Source: an uncultured Methanosarcinaceae archaeon
GTDB taxonomy: Archaea > Halobacteriota > Methanosarcinia > Methanosarcinales > Methanosarcinaceae
NCBI GenBank assembly: GCA_963733675.1
Contig: CAVTET010000001.1
Span: 192,001 to 256,000 of the forward strand
Length of the DNA: 64,000 nucleotides
Direction: 5' to 3'
In this document: positions 1 to 10,822 of the stretch, piece after piece
How the letters are laid out: every line of letters starts with the position of its first letter
How positions within the stretch are numbered: the first letter of the stretch is position 1
Made by a program: the position numbers and the translations under genes
Notes under the pieces: generated by a model
What the model saw: only the letters and a program-made list of their open reading frames with translations
Database searches by the model: none
What the model was told of the DNA's origin: nothing

Positions 1-1
1 T

Positions 2-1990
2 ATGATGTTGAAGTCAATTTGCGCAGGAGGTAAGGCGCTTTATATCGTGCCACTAAGGGCGCTTGCTTCTGAAAAATTCAACCGGTTTAGAGATTTTTCT
101 AACCTTGGGATCAGAGTCGGGATTTCTATGGGAGATTATGACTTGAGGGATGAGAAACTTGGGGTAAACGACATAGTTATAGCAACATCTGAAAAAACCG
201 ATTCTCTGCTCAGGAATGAGGCTACCTGGATGCAGGAAATTTCAGTAATTGTGGCAGATGAGGTGCATCTTATAGATTCTGCAGACAGAGGGCCAACACT
301 TGAAGTCACTCTCACAAAGCTTCGAAAAATGAATCCATCTTGCCAGATTCTGGCACTGTCTGCAACAGTAGGTAATGCCAATGAGCTTGCAGCTTGGCTT
401 AACGCCGAACTTGTAGTAAGTGAATGGAGGCCTACAGAACTTCTGGAAGGGGTGCATTTTAATGGAACTTTCTATTGCAAGGAAAGGGAAAAGCTTATTG
501 AGCAGTCCACTAAAGACGAAGCCATAAACCTTGCGCTGGATACTCTCCAGGAAGGTGGACAGTGTCTGATTTTCGAAAGCAGCCGGAAAAACTGTATGGC
601 TTTTGCAAAGAAGGCAGCTTCAAAAATTAAAAAGATTCTTTCAGCAGAAGATAAAAAATTTCTGACTATGATTGCAGATAAAGTGTTCGAAAACAGTGAA
701 ATCGATATGGCCACAACCCTTGCTTCCTGCATTCGTTCAGGTGTTGCTTTTCACCACGCAGGACTTATCACTCCTTTGAAGGAACTAGTGGAAGAAGGCT
801 TCAGGGAAAGAAGGATCAAGCTGATCTCAAGTACTCCCACGCTTGCAGCTGGACTCAACTTACCTGCCAGACGGGTGATTATCAGAAGTTATAAGCGCTA
901 TTCTTCTGAAGCCGGGATGCAGCCTATTCCTGTGCTTGAGTACAAGCAGATGGCAGGTAGAGCAGGAAGGCCCAGGCTTGACCCTTATGGAGAATCTGTG
1001 CTTCTTGCCAAGTCATCTGAGGAATTTGTTTTTCTTTTTAAGAACTATATTGATGCAGAACCTGAAGATATTTGGTCCAAGCTTGGAACAGAAAATGTTC
1101 TCAAAACACATATACTCTCTACAATCTCCAACGGTTTTGCGCGTACAAAAGAAGAACTCATTGAATTTCTAGAAGCAACATTTTTCGCCTTCCAGTACTC
1201 AAACTTCGGATTTTCTACGGTTGTAGACGAATGCCTTGGCTTTTTGAGACAGGAAAAGATGCTTGAGAATACAGACGTCCTCGTTCCCACAAATTTTGGA
1301 AAACTCGTCTCGAGACTATATATAGATCCTCTGTCTGCCTCTATAATCGTAAAGAACCTTAGAAAAGCAGAATCTCTTACCAAGCTTTCTCTGTTGCATC
1401 TGATCTGCAGCACGCCTGATATGCGCTTGCTCTATATGAGAAGCCAAGACTATTGCACAATCAATGATTATGTAATGGCTCATGCAGGAGAGTTCGTGAA
1501 AGTACCTAATCCATTCAATATTGCAGAATATGAGTGGTTTTTGGGAGAGGTAAAAACATCTCTTCTGCTCATGGAATGGATTAATGAAACGCCTGAAAAT
1601 GAGATTTGTTTGAAGTTCGGCATAGGGGAAGGCGATATCCATGCAATTGCAGAAATTGCCGAGTGGATCATGCACGTAACCACCCAGCTTGCGAGGCTTC
1701 TTGACATCAAAGGAGTAAAAGAGGCTTCAGAACTTCAAAAGCAGATCCATTATGGGGCAGGCCCTGAGTTGATGGAGCTGCTTGATATCCAAAGTATAGG
1801 CCGCGTGAGAGCGAGGAAACTTTACGAAACTGGTTTCAAGTCCACTGCAGACCTTTTAGATGCTGCCCCGGAAAAAGTGGCTGCTCTTCTTGGACCTAAG
1901 ATCGCTGAAAAAATTTTTACCCAAATTGAAAGGAGAGAGACGGTTTCTGAAGTTATGAGAATTGCATCACTTGGAAAAGATTTTCCATAA
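2..1990 (+). CDS. hel308: Ski2-like DEXH-box helicase Hel308 (5' end lies outside window)
   Basis: [44 protein letters not shown] motifs and C-terminal HhH ([10 protein letters not shown]). Confidence 0.93.
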   Translation: MMLKSICAGGKALYIVPLRALASEKFNRFRDFSNLGIRVGISMGDYDLRDEKLGVNDIVIATSEKTDSLLRNEATWMQEISVIVADEVHLIDSADRGPTLEVTLTKLRKMNPSCQILALSATVGNANELAAWLNAELVVSEWRPTELLEGVHFNGTFYCKEREKLIEQSTKDEAINLALDTLQEGGQCLIFESSRKNCMAFAKKAASKIKKILSAEDKKFLTMIADKVFENSEIDMATTLASCIRSGVAFHHAGLITPLKELVEEGFRERRIKLISSTPTLAAGLNLPARRVIIRSYKRYSSEAGMQPIPVLEYKQMAGRAGRPRLDPYGESVLLAKSSEEFVFLFKNYIDAEPEDIWSKLGTENVLKTHILSTISNGFARTKEELIEFLEATFFAFQYSNFGFSTVVDECLGFLRQEKMLENTDVLVPTNFGKLVSRLYIDPLSASIIVKNLRKAESLTKLSLLHLICSTPDMRLLYMRSQDYCTINDYVMAHAGEFVKVPNPFNIAEYEWFLGEVKTSLLLMEWINETPENEICLKFGIGEGDIHAIAEIAEWIMHVTTQLARLLDIKGVKEASELQKQIHYGAGPELMELLDIQSIGRVRARKLYETGFKSTADLLDAAPEKVAALLGPKIAEKIFTQIERRETVSEVMRIASLGKDFP

Positions 1991-2635
1991 TGACAAAGGA
2001 AAAACAATGATCACTGATTTCACCTACTTTTTGTTTTATTAATTTTCTTACTTTTCTTGATTTCAGCAAGTTTTTCTATTTTTATAGTTTTATTTCTCTA
2101 GAATGTACAGCATGTTGTTGAGGTGATGAAAACTTCCACGAGAACTATTATTAACTCACTTTATGAAGATATACACAATAATGTCGTCTATTTTTTTAAT
2201 TTGACAGTAGCTTAAAGACAAATAATAAATTCTTCGAATAATTAGTTCAAATAAATGAAAGTATGTTCCATCTGACTTTTTTTGAGAATTGACTAAATAG
2301 TTATGAAAGAGGAGGGAAAAGAATAATATAAGCAAATGAAATTATTTGATTTTGAATAAATTTCTCTATTTCCGAGCAGTTACACGAGCATACCCTGTTG
2401 CTTGTGGTGAAGTATACCATCAAAATTTTGATTTTATTCTTCATATAGTTATAATTAAGTGCTGATACATAAACTTCCTATATTACTGTCTTTTATCTTC
2501 GAGATGGATATTTTGGGGGATAAAATTTTAAATGATATTAGGGATTTTATGGAACTAGATTATCAGGTTATATTAGATACAGTTTATATTGTAGTCTCAT
2601 AGATTAGTTCTATATTTTATCAATTTATTTTAGAG

Positions 2636-3937
2636 ATGATTACAATGTTGTTTAAAAAGTTGTCTGATGTTTCGGGAGCTGAAATGAAGAAATTGCTTTC
2701 CCGAGAATCAGGACTTGCAGATGTAGCTAAGACTGTCTCAGCCATACTTTCAGATGTGCGTATCAGAAAAGATGCAGCACTTAGGGAGTATACACGAAAA
2801 TTTGATAAATTAGAGCTTGCAAATTTTGAAGTAAGTGAAGAAGAGTTTGAGAAGGCTCTTTCATGTATTGATCCGAAACTCCTGAATCACCTTAAATCAG
2901 CGGCTGAGAATATCAGAGCTTTCCACGAAGCTCAGCTTCCAGAGGTTATCTGGTTCATGGAACTTAAACCAGGGATTGTGTTAGGCCAGAAGGCAACGCC
3001 TCTAGAAAGCGTAGGCGTTTATTCTCCAGGAGGCCGGGCCTTCTATCCGTCAACAGTTCTAATGACGGTGATCCCAGCCAAAGTTGCAGGAGTTGAAAAG
3101 GTTATAGTATGCACTCCTCCAATAGCTGATGGTTCTGTGCACCCCTTAACTCTTAGTGCTGCAAAGGTTGCAGGAGCAGACATAGTATTTAAACTCGGTG
3201 GTGCCCAAGCCATTGGAGCCATGGCTTATGGAACTGAAACTATCCCAAAGGTAAATAAAATAGTAGGGCCTGGGAATGTCTTTGTCACATCTGCAAAAAT
3301 GCAGATTAGAGACGTTGCTGAGATCGACTTCCCTGCAGGTCCCAGTGAAGTGCTAATCATTGCAGATGAGTCGGCGGATGCTATTATGGTTGCTTCAGAT
3401 ATTATAGCTCAGGCGGAACATGATCCAAGTGCAATCTCGATACTTGTTACAATATCCGAGACTCTTGCAGAAGATATTAAAAGAGAAGTGTTTGTCCAGT
3501 CTGAACAAACTGAAAGAAAAGGCATTGTTAAGGCATCTCTTGAGAATGCTGCAATTCTTACTGCAGATTCCCTGGAACAATGTATAGACTTCAGCAATAA
3601 ATTTGCTCCAGAGCACCTCGAAATCATGATATCAAACTCAGATTTTGTACTTGACAGAATTAAAAATGCAGGGTCTATTTTTATAGGAAATTATTCTCCT
3701 GTTGCTGTTGGGGATTACGCATCTGGTACCAATCATGTACTTCCTACGGCTGGATATGCGAAAATTTATTCTGGCCTGAATATAAATCACTTTATGAAAT
3801 ATTCAAGTATTCAAAAAATAAGCAAAATTGGCCTTGAAAGTTTAAAAGAAACTATAATCGCATTAGCTGAGGAAGAAGGATTAAAGGCACACGCTGATTC
3901 TATTAGAACCCGTTTTGGGTACAGACCCTCTAAATAA
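2636..3937 (+). CDS. hisD: Histidinol dehydrogenase
   Basis: [41 protein letters not shown] motifs. Confidence 0.97.
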   Translation: MITMLFKKLSDVSGAEMKKLLSRESGLADVAKTVSAILSDVRIRKDAALREYTRKFDKLELANFEVSEEEFEKALSCIDPKLLNHLKSAAENIRAFHEAQLPEVIWFMELKPGIVLGQKATPLESVGVYSPGGRAFYPSTVLMTVIPAKVAGVEKVIVCTPPIADGSVHPLTLSAAKVAGADIVFKLGGAQAIGAMAYGTETIPKVNKIVGPGNVFVTSAKMQIRDVAEIDFPAGPSEVLIIADESADAIMVASDIIAQAEHDPSAISILVTISETLAEDIKREVFVQSEQTERKGIVKASLENAAILTADSLEQCIDFSNKFAPEHLEIMISNSDFVLDRIKNAGSIFIGNYSPVAVGDYASGTNHVLPTAGYAKIYSGLNINHFMKYSSIQKISKIGLESLKETIIALAEEEGLKAHADSIRTRFGYRPSK

Positions 3938-4063
3938 TATTTTAGCTAACCGATATGTATATAAATTGTAAATGCGTAAACAAAATTTGGTATTTAAATA
4001 AACAAAGATTTAAATTTTGAACAAGTAAATACTTAATTCTTAAAATGAAGAGTGGGGATCAAT

Positions 4064-4471
4064 ATGAAAATCAGAGTAGTTAGTTCACGGGAGGAAATTC
4101 CTGCCCTGAATCCGAACGAGAAGGTTATCCACCTTGCTTTCAGACCATCTAACAAAGATGTATTTGTGCTTGCTGAAACATGTCCGAAAATTGAAGCAAT
4201 ACAGCTTCCAAAATCCTACAAAAGGACTGTTTCGAAGTCAATTGAAATGTTTCTGGAAATGCAGAAGATAAATCTCCTGGAAGGGGATGTATGGGGACAT
4301 CGAAAAGATATAAACGAATATTACAATGTCTCTCAGAGTGTGTTGGAAAAGATTCAGGAATTAAAAGCAGATCGCTTCACAAATGAGGTAATTGCTGAAA
4401 AGCTTTCAAGAGAAAGCAAGTTGAATTCAGACATGATTCTTTACATTCTGAGCAAAAGAACCATTGATTAA
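4064..4471 (+). CDS. DUF1699 family protein
   Basis: MKIRVVSSREEI...HLAFRPSNKD...EGDVWGHRKDINEYY signature of the Methanosarcinaceae DUF1699 family. Confidence 0.85.
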   Translation: MKIRVVSSREEIPALNPNEKVIHLAFRPSNKDVFVLAETCPKIEAIQLPKSYKRTVSKSIEMFLEMQKINLLEGDVWGHRKDINEYYNVSQSVLEKIQELKADRFTNEVIAEKLSRESKLNSDMILYILSKRTID

Positions 4472-4959
4472 TCTGTTTTATCAGTCACTTGCACCGGAAA
4501 AATTCCTGTTTTGAGGATATGTCCTGGGAAAAATGGCTAATATTGATAATAAACATAGCTAGGAGGATAGTTAAATTTTTCCAGAAATATTTGATCCTCC
4601 TTTTCAGGATAAAATTTCTGATTAGAACTCCATTCAATAAATGCTTTCATGTTATTTTTTGTTAGTTTTTAAAAGGAGTTTCTTTTTTATCAAAAAGTAG
4701 GATATGTTCCATCTTTCCAGACAGCTGAAAATCTGATATCCACATTTATCTTCATTCAGATACACCTATAAACCATCTGGTTTGTAATCGATTTCCCTGT
4801 TCAGTAATGAATGGAGTTCTTCCAGTTACTTTATACCTTCCATCAGTGTCTACTCGTTAGAGCTGTTGCTGTTGTAAATGCTTCTTGATAATCGAAGTTA
4901 CTGTGGTCCACCCATGCAGCAAGAGATTATATCGCCATTGCTATGGATATAGATAAATG

Positions 4960-5160
4960 ATCCAAAATCATATATTTCAATTTGCTTTTATTATTCTTTT
5001 TTATCCTGTTTTTTGATCCAACATGTTTTTTATTGTCCACTAGGAATTTGCACCATCATCTCAGTTCAAATGTAACCTCCATTACTCAAAGTTCACAACC
5101 CAAAAACTATTTTTTAATCTCAGAGTATTCTTTAACGATTTATTTTGCGGTTGTATTTTT
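4960..5160 (-). mobile_element. IS200/IS605 TnpA C-terminal remnant
   Basis: Minus strand reads KEYSEIKK*FLGCEL*SNGGYI...KQIEIYDF, matching the better-preserved remnant at 51550-51775. Confidence 0.65.
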
Positions 5161-5176
5161 ATAATCTGTACCATTT

Positions 5177-5823
5177 TTGAAAGAAAATATTTTTTTTCAG
5201 CTTCATTGCGCCAATGGTTTCCTTTTAAGTAATTTCATTTCTCACTATACAAATAGAAGGACTGACCGTTGGGGAGGCTCAATTGAAAATCGGGCAAGAA
5301 TAGTCACGGAGATTGTCAGGCGAATAAAAGAACAAGCTGGAGCTGATTTTCCAATCCTTGTCAAATTGAATGCAACAGATGGTTTCCAGCAGGGTTCTCA
5401 AAAAGCAGACCTCGGAATTAGTATCTCACAGGTTTTGGAGACTGCAAAACTTCTGGAGAAAACTGGAGTATGTTCAATCGAGGTTAGCGGCGGGATCAGT
5501 GAGGCAGGTAAAGTAACCGTAAGAACTGCGATTAACTCTCCTGCTGAAGAAGCATATTTTGGAGAATATTTTAAAGCGATAAAAAGCAGTAAATATTCCT
5601 GTTAATACTTGTAGGGGGTATCAGATCCCTTTCTGTAATGGAGAATCTGCTTGAAGAAGGATATGCAGATCTAATTTCCATGAGCAGGTCATTCATCTGC
5701 GAGCTTGATCTTGTTTTGAAATTTAAGTCTGAAAAAGCTAAAAAGGCGATGTGTGCATCCTGTAATCTATGTTTTGACCTCGAAGGTGTTAAGTGCAACT
5801 ACGAGTTTAATCGAAATTCTTAG
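5177..5823 (+). pseudogene. NADH:flavin oxidoreductase (Old Yellow Enzyme family), 5'-truncated and frameshifted
   Basis: LHCANGFLLSNFIS..TNRRTDRWGGSIENRAR; frameshift near 5590 joins to PVILVGGIRS..ADLISMSR..CASCNLC. Confidence 0.85.
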
Positions 5824-6045
5824 AATTGAAATCTTCTAATCATCTAATTTTTAAGTTCAGGTCTTTGTTTATTTTAACTTCTATATGAGATCGTCATTTA
5901 ACTTTAATTTTTTTCTTAGAAAGTTTTCAACTTTTCCCATCAAATGGATAATTCTAATGGCTATATTACAACCTACTTTCTGTAGATGTTTTCAAAAAAA
6001 TAAAATGTTACTAATATATTTTTTGGATAACGAAGTCATTACGGT

Positions 6046-6795
6046 TCATGTTCTATCGATTGTCCTGAGTCCGGAAGGCTGTTCAATGAACTCAACCTCA
6101 ATTTCAAGAAGTTCACGCAGCCTTAAGCATAAAGCCTCCATTCCAGGGCTTTCCGTGGCATAGTGAGTAGCGTCAATCAGACAGATATCCTCGTAGGCTC
6201 GAAGAACCTCATGCTTCAGTTCGGAAGATATGAAAGCGTCAATTCTATTTGCCCTGCCAATTTCAAGAAATTCACTCTTGAAACCGCTACCTCCAATAAC
6301 CATAACCCTCCTGATCCCTTCCCTTTGTCCGGCATACACTACAGGAGTCTTCAGACACTCAGATATATGAGATGCTAGTTCAGCTGAAGAACAAGGTTCT
6401 ACTTCCCCTATTCTACCTATATCTGCAGTTTCGCAATTTTTGAGCCCAATCTTGACCGCAAGGGCGCTATTGATACCTTCTCTTTCCCTGTCATAATTTG
6501 TGTGCATAGTGTAAAGAGATATTCCATTTTCAAAGGCAAGCTTGAGAGAAGATGCTAATGATTTTGAAACTTTATTAATAGGATGGAAGATGAGAGTGTG
6601 ATGAGTAATCAGCAGATCTGCTCTCATTTCTGCGGCTTTTTTAAGAATATAGAAATTAGCATCAAGAGCAACTGTAATCTTTTTTATATCATTTTCCAGG
6701 CCAAGAATTACTCCGATCTTGCCTCTGTCAAAGTCATCAGCAAGCTCAAGTGGTGCAATTTGTTCAAGAATTTCTACAACTTTTTCAAGCTCCAT
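6046..6795 (-). CDS. Nif3-like dinuclear metal centre hexameric protein (YbgI/DUF34)
   Basis: LLITHHTLIF, YTMHTNYD, SELKHE, DATHYATE motifs. Confidence 0.92.
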   Translation of the reverse strand: MELEKVVEILEQIAPLELADDFDRGKIGVILGLENDIKKITVALDANFYILKKAAEMRADLLITHHTLIFHPINKVSKSLASSLKLAFENGISLYTMHTNYDREREGINSALAVKIGLKNCETADIGRIGEVEPCSSAELASHISECLKTPVVYAGQREGIRRVMVIGGSGFKSEFLEIGRANRIDAFISSELKHEVLRAYEDICLIDATHYATESPGMEALCLRLRELLEIEVEFIEQPSGLRTIDRT

Positions 6796-6989
6796 GGAAA
6801 AAACTTCCTTAAATACAGAGATTTCAGATACTAAAAAAATCATTTCACCAAATCTGCCTTAAATAAAGACAATCTATACCTTAAATGCCACTATTTAATT
6901 TTAAAACTATGTTTTCATATTAGAGAATTTCGATAAACTCCTATACACTCCTATACACTTGAGTATTGGATATTTTAATTTCATAACGA

Positions 6990-7170
6990 TAATTTTTACT
7001 TATGGAAAATCTGACTGATTTCCTCTTCAAGAAGAATATAACTTTTATAATTTAGTTGAAGACAAACCTGCAAAAATTGATTCCTTAACTGATTGGAAAT
7101 CTTTTCGTAGCATTTTTAAGTATATATATTTTAACAAAACAGTTTCTTGAGGAGGAACTGAATTTGAAGT
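6990..7170 (+). mobile_element. IS5-family transposase 5' remnant
   Basis: MENLTDF.LQEEY...DKPAKIDSLTDWKSFR; same sequence recurs at 52670-52772. Confidence 0.55.
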
Positions 7171-7319
7171 GATCATTATATTTATTGTAATGAACTACTG
7201 TATCAGTAGGTAAAATATGTCAAAATTGGGATAGAACGACAAAGTAATAGCATGAAAGCAGGAAAAATGTCTATTCAAAATACTCGGATGCCTTTGATTA
7301 ATCCTCAAGCTACATTAAA

Positions 7320-7452
7320 GATTGAGTTTTCCCAAATAAACTTAAAAGACCAAAACCATGCATAGAAAACTTGGAGACCTTGAGCTCAATAATTCATCTC
7401 CATAAGGATTGAATTTTCCCACAAAACTTAAAAGGACCAAAACAATGCATTT
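7320..7452. repeat. Two imperfect ~44-bp direct repeats separated by ~43 bp
   Basis: gattgagttttcccaaataaacttaaaagaccaaaaccatgcat vs gattgaattttcccacaaaacttaaaaggaccaaaacaatgcat. Confidence 0.7.
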
Positions 7453-7879
7453 AAAGAAAAATATTTGAGTAAGCATGTTTAAATTTATGCCGATTAATTA
7501 GCTCTTTCAAGCTTATACTTTTCCCGGATTTTCTCGACTATTTCCTCGTGGGCCTCGACAACAAAGCTACGACATACCTTCATTTTTTGCAGTGGTAATG
7601 GTGCCTACATACCTACCAAACTCATACAATAAGTATTCCCGAAGATAGAGCAGACTTCAGTTCGTTTTCTTCGAGTAATATTAGTTTCTTCCTACAAAAT
7701 GACTTAAAGTATCGATTTGTTAATTATATATGAGAAGGATGATTTAAGATAAAGATATCCTTTTTAAGGAACTTGAAATAAGGAAAAATCAATCTGCTTA
7801 TATAATCACACCCGATACAGGTAACTACACGAGATATGTTTTAAACCAAAAAGATTCAACAGCTTACAGTGAGATAAAA

Positions 7880-10600
7880 ATGACTGAAATGATGACCCCT
7901 GCAATGCGTCAGTATTATGAAGCCAAGCAGACATATCCAAACACACTTATTTTCTTTCGAATGGGAGATTTCTATGAGTCCTTTGGGGAAGACGCAAAAA
8001 TCATATCCAAAGAACTTGAAATAACACTGACAGCTCGAGGAAAAGACAGGGCAGGGCAAAGGATGCCGCTTGCAGGGATCCCTTACCATGCTATCGACAC
8101 TTACTTGCCAAAGCTCATAAACAAAGGATACAAGGTAGCTATCTGCGAACAGCTCGAAGATCCAAAACAGGCGAAAGGAGTTGTAAAGCGAGGGGTTGTC
8201 AGGATAGTTACCCCGGGTACAGTAATTGATTCTTCAATGTTTTCGGACTCTTCGAATAATTACTTGATGGCAATTGCAGGAAAAGAAGTTGGGAAATCTG
8301 GGAAAAATACAAAAAAGGAAATTGAAATCGGAGTTTCTTTCCTGGATATTTCTACAGGGGAATTTCTTACAACTCAATTTCGAGACTCGGAAAGCTTTGA
8401 GAAATTACTTAGTGAATTTGTCCGTATGAGCCCTGCAGAATGTATTCTGCATCCTTCTCTTCATGGGAATTCAGAACTCACAGATAAACTGAAGGATCAA
8501 ATTATCATCCAGGAGTTTGTTCCTGAGATCTCAGGAGCCGAGGAAGCTGGAGAAAAACTGAAAGCCCATTTCAAGGTTGCAACTCTTGAAGGGATGGGCT
8601 GTGATAAACTGGATTTTGCAGTATGTTCTGCATGGACTGCCCTGGAATATGCACAGAATACACAAATGAGGGACCTGGTTCATATCAACACTTTGAAGAC
8701 ATACTTGAACTCTGAGTTTATGATTCTTGACTCAATAACCCTACATAATCTCGAAATTGTAAAACATGTTAGGGATGAAGGGGACAAAAACTCTCTTTAC
8801 AGAATTCTTAACTGCACAAAAACACCTATGGGAAGCCGTATAATGAAAAAGTGGCTTTCAAAACCTTTGTTGTCCATAGAAAAAATCAACTTTCGACTCG
8901 ATGCTGTCGAAGAGCTAGCATCAGATCACTTGATCCGTTATGATATTCGAAAATGGCTGTCCGAGGTAAGGGACATAGAACGTCTCATAGGAAGAGTGGT
9001 ATATGGGAATGCAAACTCAAGAGATCTTATAGCCCTGAAAAAGTCACTGAATGCTATACTTCCTATTCGGGACTGCCTGATAGGGAAAATGAGAATAAAA
9101 CTGTTGAAAGAAATTGTGGAAGGACTTGCATTTTTTTCAGAGCTCGAAAATCTGGCTGAAATGATCGAAAAAACAATAGTTGAAGATCCTCCAATATCAG
9201 TCAGAGAAGGTGGAATGATAAAACCAGGATATAATTCAGAACTCGATGAGCTCCGGAATATTGCTAGAAATAGCAAACAGTGGATTGCGGATTTTCAGCA
9301 GAAGGAAAAAGAGAGAAGTGGGATTAAGTCCCTGAAAGTGGGATACAATAAGGTTTTTGGCTATTATATTGAAGTAACCAATTCCAACAGCAATCAGGTG
9401 CCTGAAGATTATATTAGAAAGCAGACAATCGCAAATGCAGAGCGCTTTTTTACACCTGAGCTCAAAGAAAAAGAGGGCCTCATCCTTACAGCCAATGAAA
9501 AAGCTATGGCCCTAGAATATGAAATCTTTATGATGATTACGCAGACTTTTTCAGCCCATTCTAAAGAACTCCAGGAAACAGCTGAAAGAATCGGAAATCT
9601 AGATGCTCTTTCAGCCCTAGCTGAAGTTGCAGGAAACAGCAATTATACTAGGCCTCAGCTTACGGAAGATTGCAAGATCCTTATTCGGGATGGAAGGCAT
9701 GCTGTAATTGAAAATATAGTTCCAATGGGTTTTGTCCCTAATGACACTGAGATGGACTGCAAGGAAAATCAGTTTTTGCTAGTTACGGGCCCGAATATGG
9801 CTGGAAAATCTACTTACATGCGCCAGATTGCACTCATAGCGATCATGGCTCAGGCAGGCTCTTTTGTTCCTGCATCCCATGCCTCTGTAGGGATTATTGA
9901 CCAGATTTTTACAAGAATAGGAGCCTTTGACGACCTTGCAAACGGGCAGAGCACTTTCATGGTAGAGATGGTAGAGCTTGCAAATATCCTTAACAATGCA
10001 AGCCCTAAAAGCCTTGTACTTCTTGACGAAATAGGCAGGGGAACGAGTACTTATGATGGATATAGCATTGCAAAATCTGTTGTAGAGTTTTTGCATAATA
10101 GAGGAAAGGTGGGAGTCAGGGCTCTATTTGCAACCCATTACCACCAGCTTACAGCTCTTGAGGAGAAGTTGAAGAGGGTCAAAAATTATCATATCGCAGT
10201 AACAGAAAAAGGTCATGAACTTGTCTTTCTGAGAAAAATCGTACCCGGAGCAACGGACAAGAGTTACGGGATTCATGTCGCAAGGCTCGCAGGTGTACCG
10301 GAAAAGGTAATCGAAAGAGCAAATGAGATTCTTGAGGAAATTGAAAAGGAAAACGTTTTTAAGGAAGCTGAAGACGGCGAGAAAGGGAAAATTAAAAAAA
10401 GCAAAGCAACCTCTCGATATACTCAGATGATGCTTTTCGATCCTGGAAATAGCGAAGGAATTTCGGCACAAGTAAATAAATTCGGTACTTTAAAAAGGCC
10501 TGGTCCTGTGGAAGTAGCTATGAGAAAATTGAATGTTGAAGAAATGACACCAATAGAAGCCCTGAATAAACTCCATGAGCTAAAAAAGCTTCTTGATTAA
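7880..10600 (+). CDS. mutS: DNA mismatch repair protein MutS (MutS1)
   Basis: TPAMRQY, FRMGDFYE, TGPNMAGKSTYMRQ, STFMVEM, LDEIGRGTST, FATHYH, SYGIHVARLAG. Confidence 0.98.
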   Translation: MTEMMTPAMRQYYEAKQTYPNTLIFFRMGDFYESFGEDAKIISKELEITLTARGKDRAGQRMPLAGIPYHAIDTYLPKLINKGYKVAICEQLEDPKQAKGVVKRGVVRIVTPGTVIDSSMFSDSSNNYLMAIAGKEVGKSGKNTKKEIEIGVSFLDISTGEFLTTQFRDSESFEKLLSEFVRMSPAECILHPSLHGNSELTDKLKDQIIIQEFVPEISGAEEAGEKLKAHFKVATLEGMGCDKLDFAVCSAWTALEYAQNTQMRDLVHINTLKTYLNSEFMILDSITLHNLEIVKHVRDEGDKNSLYRILNCTKTPMGSRIMKKWLSKPLLSIEKINFRLDAVEELASDHLIRYDIRKWLSEVRDIERLIGRVVYGNANSRDLIALKKSLNAILPIRDCLIGKMRIKLLKEIVEGLAFFSELENLAEMIEKTIVEDPPISVREGGMIKPGYNSELDELRNIARNSKQWIADFQQKEKERSGIKSLKVGYNKVFGYYIEVTNSNSNQVPEDYIRKQTIANAERFFTPELKEKEGLILTANEKAMALEYEIFMMITQTFSAHSKELQETAERIGNLDALSALAEVAGNSNYTRPQLTEDCKILIRDGRHAVIENIVPMGFVPNDTEMDCKENQFLLVTGPNMAGKSTYMRQIALIAIMAQAGSFVPASHASVGIIDQIFTRIGAFDDLANGQSTFMVEMVELANILNNASPKSLVLLDEIGRGTSTYDGYSIAKSVVEFLHNRGKVGVRALFATHYHQLTALEEKLKRVKNYHIAVTEKGHELVFLRKIVPGATDKSYGIHVARLAGVPEKVIERANEILEEIEKENVFKEAEDGEKGKIKKSKATSRYTQMMLFDPGNSEGISAQVNKFGTLKRPGPVEVAMRKLNVEEMTPIEALNKLHELKKLLD

Positions 10601-10822
10601 GGAGCATCAAACTCACCCTCGGCGGATTTATATAAAAATTCCATTTATTTTCGCAATTATGACTGTAGTTTGACAAGTAATCTAACTTTCAATGAATTAT
10701 GGGGAAAATAGGCAAATAAAATATACATCTGTGTACATTTGTGGAATGTCGGATCATAGGGTATTTGGAAATTTTAAAATATATTTAAAGTATATTTTTC
10801 TGGTTTTTGCTGGGGTAAATAA

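Noticed and set aside
1975-2041. Out-of-frame KTMITDF after the Hel308 stop, resembling a lost PIP-like tail
   Set aside because: Too short to support without ortholog alignment.
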